Assembly: GCA_050633625.1 (NCBI GenBank)
Contig: JBOEGW010000002.1
Span: 565 to 64,564, forward strand
Length of the DNA stretch: 64,000 nucleotides
Source: Maritimibacter sp.
GTDB lineage: Bacteria; Pseudomonadota; Alphaproteobacteria; Rhodobacterales; Rhodobacteraceae
Reading direction: 5' to 3'
Part shown: one piece after another, positions 35,264 to 43,693 of the stretch
Position numbering within the stretch: the stretch's first letter is position 1
Layout: every line of letters begins with the position of its first letter
Translations under genes and position numbers: made by a program
The notes under the pieces: model-generated
Database searches by the model: none
Told to the model about the DNA's origin: nothing
What the model saw: the letters and a program-made list of their open reading frames with translations, nothing else

Positions 35264-37275
35264 CAGATCATCCGACCATACCGGAAGTGACCGACGAGGA
35301 CATTGCCTGGATTGCCGACACGATGGGTTTGGACGACCTGGATGGGGACCGGCGAGCCTTCCTCAAAAGAACTGGTACGTTCGATGTGTCGGCTTGCCCA
35401 GGTAGCGGAAAAACCACGCTGGTTGTGGCGAAACTCGCAATTTTAGCAAGGAAATGGCGTCACCCCACGTCAGGCATATGCGTACTTTCACACACGAATG
35501 TCGCCCGTGAAGAGATTCAGAACCGATTGGGTCACACACCAGTGGGGCACCGCCTGCTTCACTATCCGCATTTCATCGACACGATACATGCCTTTGCCAA
35601 TCGCTTTCTGGCTTTGCCGTATCTGCGCTCGAACGGCTTCCCATCACCGCTCGTTGATGATGACGTTGCAAAAGCGTTCCGCTGGAATGTGTTGCAAGGT
35701 CAAGAGCGCTGGAACTTCGAAAACTGGTTGAATAACAGACACACCAGCATAGATGACATCACCTTCCTCGATAGCGACTTATCGGTGGCGTTGACTTCAA
35801 GAGATTTTCCCGCTGGACCTCATACTGCAACTTATCAAAGGGCAAAGCGGATTATCGTAGAGTCGGCAACCGCGGGTCACTTCCGATATGAAGAAATGTT
35901 TGTTTGGGCGGAGTGCCTTCTGGAGCAGTTTCCGGAAATTTCGGTAAGCTTATCTCGCCGGTTTCCACTGGTTCTGATGGACGAGATGCAGGACACGTCG
36001 CAACGGCAGGCAGCACTTCTTGCGTCGATTTTCGACCGCACAAACGGACCCTGTTTTGTACAAAGAGTGGGAGACCCAAATCAGGAGATATTCAAGAGCG
36101 GGCAGGAGCAGAACATTGCCGATCCATTTCCTGATGTTTGCGAAGGTCGCACTATGTCGATCGGAAGTAGCCGGCGGTTTGGTGCCCCTGTCGCCGACCT
36201 CGCAAATCCACTTGCCATCGTTCCGATAGACGACGGCGGACTGCAGGGAAGTGGTCCGCAGCGCGCAGCCGCATTCTCTGATCACAATCGCAACCTCATC
36301 ATTGTCTTCCCCGATAACAATACAGATGGTGTTCTAGACGCGTTTGGAACGCACCTCCTCGAAACTTTCGACGATGAAACAATTGCGATCGGAGATTGCG
36401 TTGCGGTTGGCGGGGTTCATCGGCCGGCACCAGAGGCGATCGCCGCAGGGCATGCAAAGTTTCCAAGGTCTGTGGAACACTATTGGGGCGGGTATAGCCC
36501 CGAGGTATTAAAGTCAGACCGGCATCCCAAAACACTTGTCGGTTACGTTCATCATGCTCAGATCATGATGCGAATGTCCGGAGATACCGCCGGGGGGATC
36601 GCGCATTTTGCGACAGGCCTTAAGCGACTCGCTCGACAAATCGGTAAGCCAGAAAGCACGCTGGAGCGAACGCGTAAGCACATGGCCATTCGAGGCGTGC
36701 TTGCACCTATCCCTGACGCACTGGCGCGATATGATCAGTTCGTCAATACTTTCCTCATTGCGATGACGCCGGTGACTGAGGAAGTATGGCCGGGTTACGC
36801 GCAGCAATTTCGCGAGCTAGCTGGACAACTATGCCAAGGCGATATCAACCTTGACGCTGGTGCTGGTTTTTTGGCTTGGGAGGACCCGCAAGCCGACCTG
36901 CCTGAACCAGGAGTTGCGCAGGCGCATACCGACAACGTCGTCAATGTGAGTTTGGGTGACCGGGAAGTGTCTATCCGCCTTGGTTCGATTCATCAGGCTA
37001 AGGGGCAGACACACTTTGCGACGCTGCTATTGAGCACTTTCCAAAACCACCATTCATCGGAGAAGATCGTTCGCTGGCTCACGGGAGAAAAATTAGCCGG
37101 AATCGGCGAAGGTGTTCAGAACGTCTCGCGACTAAAACAATCCTATGTTGCGATCACACGACCAACGCATCTCGTGGCGATAGCTTTGCGCGATTCAGCA
37201 ATAGCGGCAAATAGAGCTCAGGCATTGGAGCAGCTTCAAGCGCGGGGATGGGAGATCAGGGACCTTTGCACCTGA
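35260..37275 (+). CDS. gajB: UvrD/Rep-family helicase, GajB-like
   Basis: Walker A CPGSGKTT and Walker B LVLMDEMQDTS. ATGA overlap with the OLD-nuclease gene. Confidence 0.85.
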   Translation: MTDHPTIPEVTDEDIAWIADTMGLDDLDGDRRAFLKRTGTFDVSACPGSGKTTLVVAKLAILARKWRHPTSGICVLSHTNVAREEIQNRLGHTPVGHRLLHYPHFIDTIHAFANRFLALPYLRSNGFPSPLVDDDVAKAFRWNVLQGQERWNFENWLNNRHTSIDDITFLDSDLSVALTSRDFPAGPHTATYQRAKRIIVESATAGHFRYEEMFVWAECLLEQFPEISVSLSRRFPLVLMDEMQDTSQRQAALLASIFDRTNGPCFVQRVGDPNQEIFKSGQEQNIADPFPDVCEGRTMSIGSSRRFGAPVADLANPLAIVPIDDGGLQGSGPQRAAAFSDHNRNLIIVFPDNNTDGVLDAFGTHLLETFDDETIAIGDCVAVGGVHRPAPEAIAAGHAKFPRSVEHYWGGYSPEVLKSDRHPKTLVGYVHHAQIMMRMSGDTAGGIAHFATGLKRLARQIGKPESTLERTRKHMAIRGVLAPIPDALARYDQFVNTFLIAMTPVTEEVWPGYAQQFRELAGQLCQGDINLDAGAGFLAWEDPQADLPEPGVAQAHTDNVVNVSLGDREVSIRLGSIHQAKGQTHFATLLLSTFQNHHSSEKIVRWLTGEKLAGIGEGVQNVSRLKQSYVAITRPTHLVAIALRDSAIAANRAQALEQLQARGWEIRDLCT

Positions 37276-37356
37276 GAATTCGTTGCAGACTCATTGTTCA
37301 AAATGCTTGGCGCGTCCCTTGAGCCAAATTCCCAGAACCAACATAATATTTTTGAC

Positions 37357-37836
37357 CTAGTGTGTTTTGAGCCAGATCATTCCGTCAAATGCTCCAAGCT
37401 TTGCCTTATCCTTGGTCTCGTAGAGACGGCGGGCCTGGATTGCGATTCCGGTGGCCGGATCGGTGATGGTTCCACTCCACCCACCGGGGTTTGAGAAAAC
37501 AACGATGTGGAAGCCATCCGTCTTTAGGTAGTCGTTTCCATTTGTCGACACTTTCCATTTCCGAGTCAGCCACCGTGCGCGTCGTTGGGCTAAGTTTTTG
37601 CTGTCAGATTCTCTCTTTGAAGCAGCTGCGTAGTCTTCTTCCAACTTACCGGCACAGACGCAGCCACAGTCTAGAATGTCCTGATAGTTTGGATGCTGCA
37701 TTTGGTGAACATAGCGAATCTCTTGGTTTTCGCACATCTCACATTCTGTGGCTGGCTCGCCGAGGTCCTCAAGCCCGATACAGATCCAGCCCTTCTTTGG
37801 AACACCTTGCTTTGACCATTTGCCTAATGACGACAT
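37357..37836 (-). CDS. Cys-rich hypothetical protein (159 aa)
   Basis: ATG preceded by AGGAAG. CEMCENQEIRYVHQMQHPNYQDILDCGCVCAG suggests metal binding. Third gene of the WYL-WGR operon. Confidence 0.65.
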   Translation of the reverse strand: MSSLGKWSKQGVPKKGWICIGLEDLGEPATECEMCENQEIRYVHQMQHPNYQDILDCGCVCAGKLEEDYAAASKRESDSKNLAQRRARWLTRKWKVSTNGNDYLKTDGFHIVVFSNPGGWSGTITDPATGIAIQARRLYETKDKAKLGAFDGMIWLKTH

Positions 37837-37845
37837 GCGTTCTTC

Positions 37846-38091
37846 CTAACCGTCAGAGGACGTCAGCCTGAGCAGATAGCCTCTTGCTAGTATTTGTTTG
37901 ACCAGACCGGATAGGGCGTATTCTGCTTCGGTTTTAGACGTGAACCAGTCATGCCGATGCCGCCCCCAAGTGCCGAAGCGACCCCACTGACGGTGAACAC
38001 CGATATGTCCGAAGAGGTCCTTGGTCAGTTCCACGGAATAGAAGCGGTTCATGTTGACTGATGGATCAACGCGTCGCATGTCAATTTGCAT
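37846..38091 (-). CDS. WGR-domain protein (81 aa)
   Basis: NRFYSVELTKDLFGHIGVHRQWGRFGTWGRHRHDWFTSKTEAEYALSGLVKQILARGY is the WGR pattern (W-G-R triad with flanking FY...L). Overlaps the WYL gene end by 11 nt. Confidence 0.8.
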   Translation of the reverse strand: MQIDMRRVDPSVNMNRFYSVELTKDLFGHIGVHRQWGRFGTWGRHRHDWFTSKTEAEYALSGLVKQILARGYLLRLTSSDG

Positions 38092-38899
38092 TGATTTCCT
38101 CTCCGCTCATCGGGACATAGTCTATGGAGACGCGTTGGAGCCGAGGCTCTTTTTGCTCAAGGCCCCATCGGCGTTTAGTGTAGAACTCGAGCGCCTTTCG
38201 GGTTCTGGCTTCAAGCACGTCTCCGTTGAACCCAAATTCAATGCGCACCACACGTTGTTGTGCTTCAGTAAGTCTGGAATGCGGTTTAAGCTTCAGAATA
38301 GCCCAGGTGAACCAATCATCATCTCGGGGCACCGCATCGGCTGGCTTGGTTTTTGAGAAAGAATGATCAGGATCGATGCGAGCAGGATGGAAGTCACGGA
38401 AACCCTCTCGTTCAAAGCACCAGGCTCGCACGTGAAGTCTAACTCCATCAGACGCGAACCGAACAGGTGCAATCCAGCGTGTCATCGGCTCCGGGTCTCG
38501 CATCGATTGGTAAACGATCTGCGTTGCCTCATTTGCCCGGAATGCGCGGAACAGCGGACGTAGGACGCGCAGGTCCTGAGTCCGTTGCAAATCGGGCAAT
38601 CTATCGAATGCAGGTAGTGGTGCGCTGGAAAGAAGCTGCTCCAACTCGATCGAAGAGGCTTTACCGGTCAGCTGTTCAAAGCTCGCGTCCGCACGGTATC
38701 TGCGCGCCGACGCATCATAGTGCAGTGCGTCTTTTGGCGCTTCAGCGAGGTAAGTACGAAAATCGAGCGCGGCTTGCGCATTTGAAATTCCAAACCGTTT
38801 AATCAATGAGGCACGGGTCGCCGCGCCATCCCAGAAAAACAATCTGTCTAGGTATTCCAAGCGTGCGCGCTGAGCATGTTTGAGGTCTTCGAAGGTCAT
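38081..38899 (-). CDS. HTH-WYL domain transcriptional regulator (BrxR/CapW-like architecture)
   Basis: N-terminal winged-HTH-like ATRASLIKRFGISNAQAALDFRTY. Central WYL-type segment RWIAPVRFASDGVRLHVRAWCFEREGFRDFHPARI. 272 aa. Confidence 0.8.
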   Translation of the reverse strand: MTFEDLKHAQRARLEYLDRLFFWDGAATRASLIKRFGISNAQAALDFRTYLAEAPKDALHYDASARRYRADASFEQLTGKASSIELEQLLSSAPLPAFDRLPDLQRTQDLRVLRPLFRAFRANEATQIVYQSMRDPEPMTRWIAPVRFASDGVRLHVRAWCFEREGFRDFHPARIDPDHSFSKTKPADAVPRDDDWFTWAILKLKPHSRLTEAQQRVVRIEFGFNGDVLEARTRKALEFYTKRRWGLEQKEPRLQRVSIDYVPMSGEEINAN

Positions 38900-38970
38900 G
38901 GATGGAAGCTAGCTTGACTCCCATCAATTGTCCATATACTTTTTACACGTATATAATTTAATGGTGTAAT

Positions 38971-40107
38971 ATGAAAATCCTTCATACGGCAGATCTGCAC
39001 TTGGGGCGGCAATTCATGGGCTTGAGCCTCGAGGAGGATCACGAGGTCATCCTCGACCAAATCCTTGAGACGCTTGTGGTCGAGAGCGCCGATGTTCTTG
39101 TGATAGCAGGAGACGTTTTTGATCGTGCCTCGCCACCCAATTCATCAATCCGGCAGTTCAACCGTTTCCTCAAGCGTTTATCTGAGGAGACCGATGCCGC
39201 CGTGGTGATGATCTCTGGCAACCACGATTCCGGCGATCGGATCGAGGCAATGTCGGTCTTCTCCACTGCATCACGGGTACTTGTTCGCGGCATTGCCGAC
39301 GCCGTCGAAACTCCACTTGTGCTGCGCGATGAACATGGCGAGATCGCTTTTTCCGCGCTGCCCTTTTCCTATGAATACGCTGCTCGAGAGGTGTTCGGGG
39401 ATACGGGCATCAGTGCGCCAGCAGATGTTATCGCTGCGCAAATTTCCGCGGCGAAGGCCCAAGTGCCTGAAGATGCACGTTGGGTAGTAGTGGCCCATGC
39501 ATTCGTTGCGGGCGGAGCAGTCGGCGAGGCCGAACGCGCGTTGACGCGGGTCGGCGGCATCGAAACCGTGCCCGCTGATGTCTTCGAGGGTGCGGACTAT
39601 GTTGCACTGGGACACTTGCACAAGCAGCAGGAAGTAGGCGCGCGCCATGTTCGATATTCCGGCGCACCGCTTGCATTCGGATTCGACGAGGCGGGAAGCG
39701 AAAAATCCATGACTGTCGTCGATCTGAAAGCCGACGGTGTTGATATCTACACCGTTCCGTTCCGTCCAATCCGGCAAGTGCACTCGCTCACAGGTGCATT
39801 CGCGGAACTTCTGGCAGGAACGCCGTCTGAGGACTTCATCCAAGCCATCCTAACGGATGAGGTTCCTCTCATTGATCCGATGAAACGGTTGCGCGCGATC
39901 TATCCCAATGCCTGTCATCTGGCGTACGCCCGACAGGCGCGCGCGCCGGAGACCAAGGCTTTTGGCACCGGGCGGGCCGCAGTTACGCCAATCGAAATGG
40001 TCGGCGAGTTCATTAAGGTTGTGCGCGGCCGAGAAACGGATGCCAACGAAACCACGATCGTAGCGGACAAGCTCCACGACGCAGCCTCTGGGGAGGAGCA
40101 GACATGA
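38971..40107 (+). CDS. sbcD: SbcD/Mre11-family nuclease
   Basis: Phosphoesterase motifs HTADLHLG, AGDVFD, SGNHD, GHLH. Confidence 0.9.
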   Translation: MKILHTADLHLGRQFMGLSLEEDHEVILDQILETLVVESADVLVIAGDVFDRASPPNSSIRQFNRFLKRLSEETDAAVVMISGNHDSGDRIEAMSVFSTASRVLVRGIADAVETPLVLRDEHGEIAFSALPFSYEYAAREVFGDTGISAPADVIAAQISAAKAQVPEDARWVVVAHAFVAGGAVGEAERALTRVGGIETVPADVFEGADYVALGHLHKQQEVGARHVRYSGAPLAFGFDEAGSEKSMTVVDLKADGVDIYTVPFRPIRQVHSLTGAFAELLAGTPSEDFIQAILTDEVPLIDPMKRLRAIYPNACHLAYARQARAPETKAFGTGRAAVTPIEMVGEFIKVVRGRETDANETTIVADKLHDAASGEEQT

Positions 40108-43100
40108 GACCCATTCGCCTATCGCTTCAGGCCTTCGGGCCGTTCGCGACAACCGAGGTGGTGGATTTCCGCTCCGCGCTGGAAACAGGACTGTTTGGAA
40201 TTTACGGTCAAACGGGCGCGGGAAAGTCGACGCTGTTTTCGGCGATGTCCTTTGCCCTCTTCGGGGCACCAACCAAGACCGATCAGGAACCACGCTCGCT
40301 GCGTTCGGATCACTCCGCGCCAGATCTACCTACGGAAGTTGAATTTGTCTTTGAACTGGGTGCCAAGGCCTATCTGATCCGTCGTCGTCCGGTGCAAGAA
40401 CGTCCAAAAGCACGCGGCGAAGGGACGACCGAGGATGCCGCGGAAGCCTCGCTTTTCGAAGTCACCGGGATCCCGGTGGACACGCTTGGCCCGAGCCAGC
40501 CTGGCCGTGTCATTGCTGAAAAGAAAGTCTCGGTAGTGGGGCAACAGGTCGAAGCGCTGTTGGGATACGGAGCAGATCAATTTCGACAGATCGTGCTCTT
40601 GCCACAAGGCAAGTTCGAGACGTTCCTAGCCGCAAAAACTGATGCGCGGGTCGAGATATTGCGAGATCTCTTCGACGTGAAGATCTATCGCGATCTCGCC
40701 GCCCGGTTGAAGGATGAAGCCTCAGAGGCAGAAAGAGCACTGCGCGAGCAGCGCGTGCTCTATGTAGCACGGCTAAAGGAACGCGGCTTTGAAAGCGCCG
40801 ACACGTTGGAACTGGGGATTGCCGCGGCTGAAGCCAACGTTGAAGAAAAGCTGGGTATTCAGCAGGGCACGGAGAAGGCGAATGAAGCGGCGCGTAAGGC
40901 TTTGACCGACGGCGAGCAAATCGAAAAGGCCTTTGTTGCAGTCGATACAGCGCGGCAGGCACTTGACGATCTCGAAGCGAAAACGGGCGAAGTCGATGCT
41001 CTGGCCAAGCGGGTTGATACAGTCAAGAATGCCTTGCAGGCCTGTGACCTTGAGACAGCTTGGCACAATGCAGAGCGCGATGACCAGGTTACAATGAATG
41101 CCGTGACCAAAGCCGAAGGGGAGCTCAACACGGCCACTGTGACCAGGAAAGAAGCGGCGCAAAAACTGGTTGAAGCGCAGTCGGGCGAGGAGCGACGGCA
41201 ACGGGTTCAGGCCGACCTGACAAGGTTAGAGGCGATCGAGAACCAGGTCGGGCAGGCAGCGGAGCTTCAGAAAGCGTTTGATGAAGCTGCGAACGACGAA
41301 GCCTCGGCAAAGAAGGCGCTGACCGAAGCCGTAGAGGAAAGCGAAACGCTCCAGTCTCAGCGCGACGCGACCGATCTGGTGCTTGAACAGGCGCGAAAGA
41401 CTGAGGCGGCGCGAGGCAAGCTGACGGGTGAACTGGCCGAGATCAACCGCGAACTGATCAACGCAACGGCACATGCGAAGGCGCAAGGAGCTGTCGTGGA
41501 TGCCAAACGAAAGGTCGAAGCGGCATCGAGCGAACTGCCGACAAAAACTGAAGCGGCGCAAGCCGCCGATGCAGCCTTGATTGAGGTTGAGGCTCGGCTT
41601 TCGCGCACACAGGCGATAATTCTGGCCGAAAAGCTGGCCGAAGGGGAGCCGTGCCCTGTCTGTGGTTCCCACGATCATCCTATGCCAGCCCATGGTGCGC
41701 CCGAACAATCTGGTTTGACCGAAGCGTTTCGTAACGCGCAGGCCCAGGCGAGAACCGCAGCCGAAGCCAGGGTTCGGGCGGAAAGCGAACTCGGCAATTG
41801 GCGAACGCGGCTCGACGAAACGAAACGGGCACTGGACGAACATGAACGGCCTGAGCGCACGTTGGTGGAACTCGAATCTGAAATCATACGACTGAAAGGC
41901 ACCGTCGCCGCGCTTGGAGAGGCCATCGATCTTGATGCGATGGAGGAGCGGTTGGCCGATCTCAAGCGGAAGGTGACCGAGGCCGAAGCTATCGAGGCTA
42001 CGGTGCGCACGGCTGCAGGACAGGCTGGAACCAATTTGGCCGGGGCGCGAGCCAAGCGCGATACAGTGGTTGGGGCCCTGCCGGACGGTCTGCGCACACC
42101 TGATGCGGTTGTCGCACGGCGGGAGGCTTTGCAAAGCGAGCAAAGGCAGCTTTCCGAAGCGCTGGACCTGGCGACGCAGGCGGATCAAGCAGCGAGCGAG
42201 GCGCTCGCCCGGGCGCAAGAGCAGTTCGAAGCAGCAAAGCGGGCGCGCGAGGCGCAGGCCCGGCGTGCGGAAAAGGCGCAAGGTGACTTCCGCGCACGGC
42301 TGGAAGAAGTCGGGCTAGACAAGGCAGAGTATGTTGCTTGCAAGGCGCATTTCCCGACTCTCGACGCCGACCGTCAGACGGTGATCGATCAACGTGAGGG
42401 CCTGATCGCAATGCGCACGACATGGCAGAACGCTGCAACCGCTTGTGCGGATCACGAGCGCGCTGATCTCGCGCCGCTTCAGTCAGCGCTGGACGACGCC
42501 ACCCAAGCTTTGAACGCGGCCAATGCGGTGCTCGCCACAGCCAGAACGGATGTAACGTCACTAACCAGATTCAAGGATTCGCTGGCTGAGGCCTTGGCCG
42601 AAACCGAGCGGCTTGAGTCCGAATCCGGGCCGCTTCGTGGGCTGGCCGATCTGGCCAATGGCAAGAACGATTTCAAGATGACGCTCGAGACCTTCGCGAT
42701 AGGCGCCATGTTCGACCAAGTGCTCGAGGCGGCAAACATGAGGCTCGACCCTATGACGCGCGGGCGTTACCGGCTGACGCGCGGACTTGACGCGTCAGGT
42801 GGGCGCGGCAAGCGCGGGCTCGAAATCGAGGTCTTTGACATCAACACCGGCAAGGCGCGTCCAACGGCTACCCTGTCCGGTGGTGAAACATTCATCGCGG
42901 CACTAGCCTTGGCGCTTGGGCTCGCCGATGTGGTCGAGAGCCAATCTGGCAAAATCCGGATGGACACGATCTTCATCGACGAGGGCTTCGGCAGCCTCGA
43001 CACCGAGAATGGAGCAGGCACGCTGGACCAAGTGATTCAGGTTCTTGCTGCGCTGACAGAGGGCAGCCGGGCTGTGGGACTGATCTCGCACGTCGGCCAA

Positions 43101-43184
43101 GTTCAGGAGGCCATACCCCAAGGCTTCTATGTGCGTTCGACCCCAAGCGGCAGCCGAGTCGAGGAAAGAAAGGGACTAGGATGA
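40104..43184 (+). CDS. sbcC: SbcC/Rad50-family ATPase
   Basis: Walker A GQTGAGKST, very long coiled coil with zinc hook CPVCGS, signature LSGGE, Walker B IFIDEGFGSLD. ATGA overlap with sbcD. Confidence 0.9.
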   Translation: MRPIRLSLQAFGPFATTEVVDFRSALETGLFGIYGQTGAGKSTLFSAMSFALFGAPTKTDQEPRSLRSDHSAPDLPTEVEFVFELGAKAYLIRRRPVQERPKARGEGTTEDAAEASLFEVTGIPVDTLGPSQPGRVIAEKKVSVVGQQVEALLGYGADQFRQIVLLPQGKFETFLAAKTDARVEILRDLFDVKIYRDLAARLKDEASEAERALREQRVLYVARLKERGFESADTLELGIAAAEANVEEKLGIQQGTEKANEAARKALTDGEQIEKAFVAVDTARQALDDLEAKTGEVDALAKRVDTVKNALQACDLETAWHNAERDDQVTMNAVTKAEGELNTATVTRKEAAQKLVEAQSGEERRQRVQADLTRLEAIENQVGQAAELQKAFDEAANDEASAKKALTEAVEESETLQSQRDATDLVLEQARKTEAARGKLTGELAEINRELINATAHAKAQGAVVDAKRKVEAASSELPTKTEAAQAADAALIEVEARLSRTQAIILAEKLAEGEPCPVCGSHDHPMPAHGAPEQSGLTEAFRNAQAQARTAAEARVRAESELGNWRTRLDETKRALDEHERPERTLVELESEIIRLKGTVAALGEAIDLDAMEERLADLKRKVTEAEAIEATVRTAAGQAGTNLAGARAKRDTVVGALPDGLRTPDAVVARREALQSEQRQLSEALDLATQADQAASEALARAQEQFEAAKRAREAQARRAEKAQGDFRARLEEVGLDKAEYVACKAHFPTLDADRQTVIDQREGLIAMRTTWQNAATACADHERADLAPLQSALDDATQALNAANAVLATARTDVTSLTRFKDSLAEALAETERLESESGPLRGLADLANGKNDFKMTLETFAIGAMFDQVLEAANMRLDPMTRGRYRLTRGLDASGGRGKRGLEIEVFDINTGKARPTATLSGGETFIAALALALGLADVVESQSGKIRMDTIFIDEGFGSLDTENGAGTLDQVIQVLAALTEGSRAVGLISHVGQVQEAIPQGFYVRSTPSGSRVEERKGLG

Positions 43185-43483
43185 CAAACCGATTGTATTA
43201 CCGCAAGGCGCACACCCGCCGACTGTCGACAGGCCGAACAGTCTCGGTCCGTGGCGGTTGGGCGCTCCGGGTCGGTCGCGGAAGTAGGAAGAGCGCATCC
43301 TTCAGGCGGACTTGTCCAATATGCGGTGCACTGATCGTAAGCGTTAGTATGCCCAAAGGTGGGTGGGTCCACTTCGAGGGAGGTAAAGGCCTGACACGCA
43401 TTAAACACCCGTGTCTGCATCTTGGCGAAGGTTTGAGCGGGCGACATGACGAGAACACTCCAGATCTTTTCGGTTTGCCCTGA
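43181..43483 (+). CDS. Small basic putative zinc-ribbon protein (100 aa), coupled to sbcC
   Basis: ATGA overlap with the sbcC stop. Arg/Lys-rich N-terminus, then CPICG...HPCLH. Competing antisense ORFs exist, so confidence is moderate. Confidence 0.4.
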   Translation: MTNRLYYRKAHTRRLSTGRTVSVRGGWALRVGRGSRKSASFRRTCPICGALIVSVSMPKGGWVHFEGGKGLTRIKHPCLHLGEGLSGRHDENTPDLFGLP

Positions 43484-43598
43484 AAAGGCCGTAAGGCTTC
43501 TAGAGTTTTACCTACTCCCCCTAAGAGCCCGCGCCAGTGACTTAGCTGTGTTTACAAAGCAAATGAGCTTTAGCTCAGCATTCTAAAAGTTAGGCCTC

Positions 43599-43643
43599 TT
43601 ACACGTATTTTCTGCTGTGCGTTTACACGTAAAGTCTGCTGTG
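43599..43643 (+). repeat. Tandem 21-nt direct repeats TTACACGTA-NNN-TCTGCTGTG (x2)
   Basis: 43599-43619 and 43623-43643 match at 18 of 21 positions. Followed by the inverted repeat GACTTTC-N8-GAAAGTC (43643-43664). Confidence 0.8.
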
Positions 43644-43693
43644 ACTTTCGACCGATTGAAAGTCAACGCCCGACCAATTGACAGTGTCGCACC

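Larger units (their letters stand above)
24120..43690. other. Lower-GC accessory (defence-type) island
   Basis: Base composition drops abruptly by eye at about 24.1 kb and recovers at the ScpB-like gene stop (43.69 kb). Content is TIR, DUF2235, Fic, OLD/UvrD, WYL and SbcCD genes. Boundaries are approximate. Confidence 0.6.

Noticed and set aside
43127-43458. Two minus-strand ORFs (106 aa and 86 aa) overlapping the small ORF after sbcC.
   Set aside because: The plus-strand ORF is favoured because its ATG overlaps the sbcC stop (ATGA coupling) and its product has a CxxC...HxC pattern. The antisense ORFs have no such support, and none of the three is certain.
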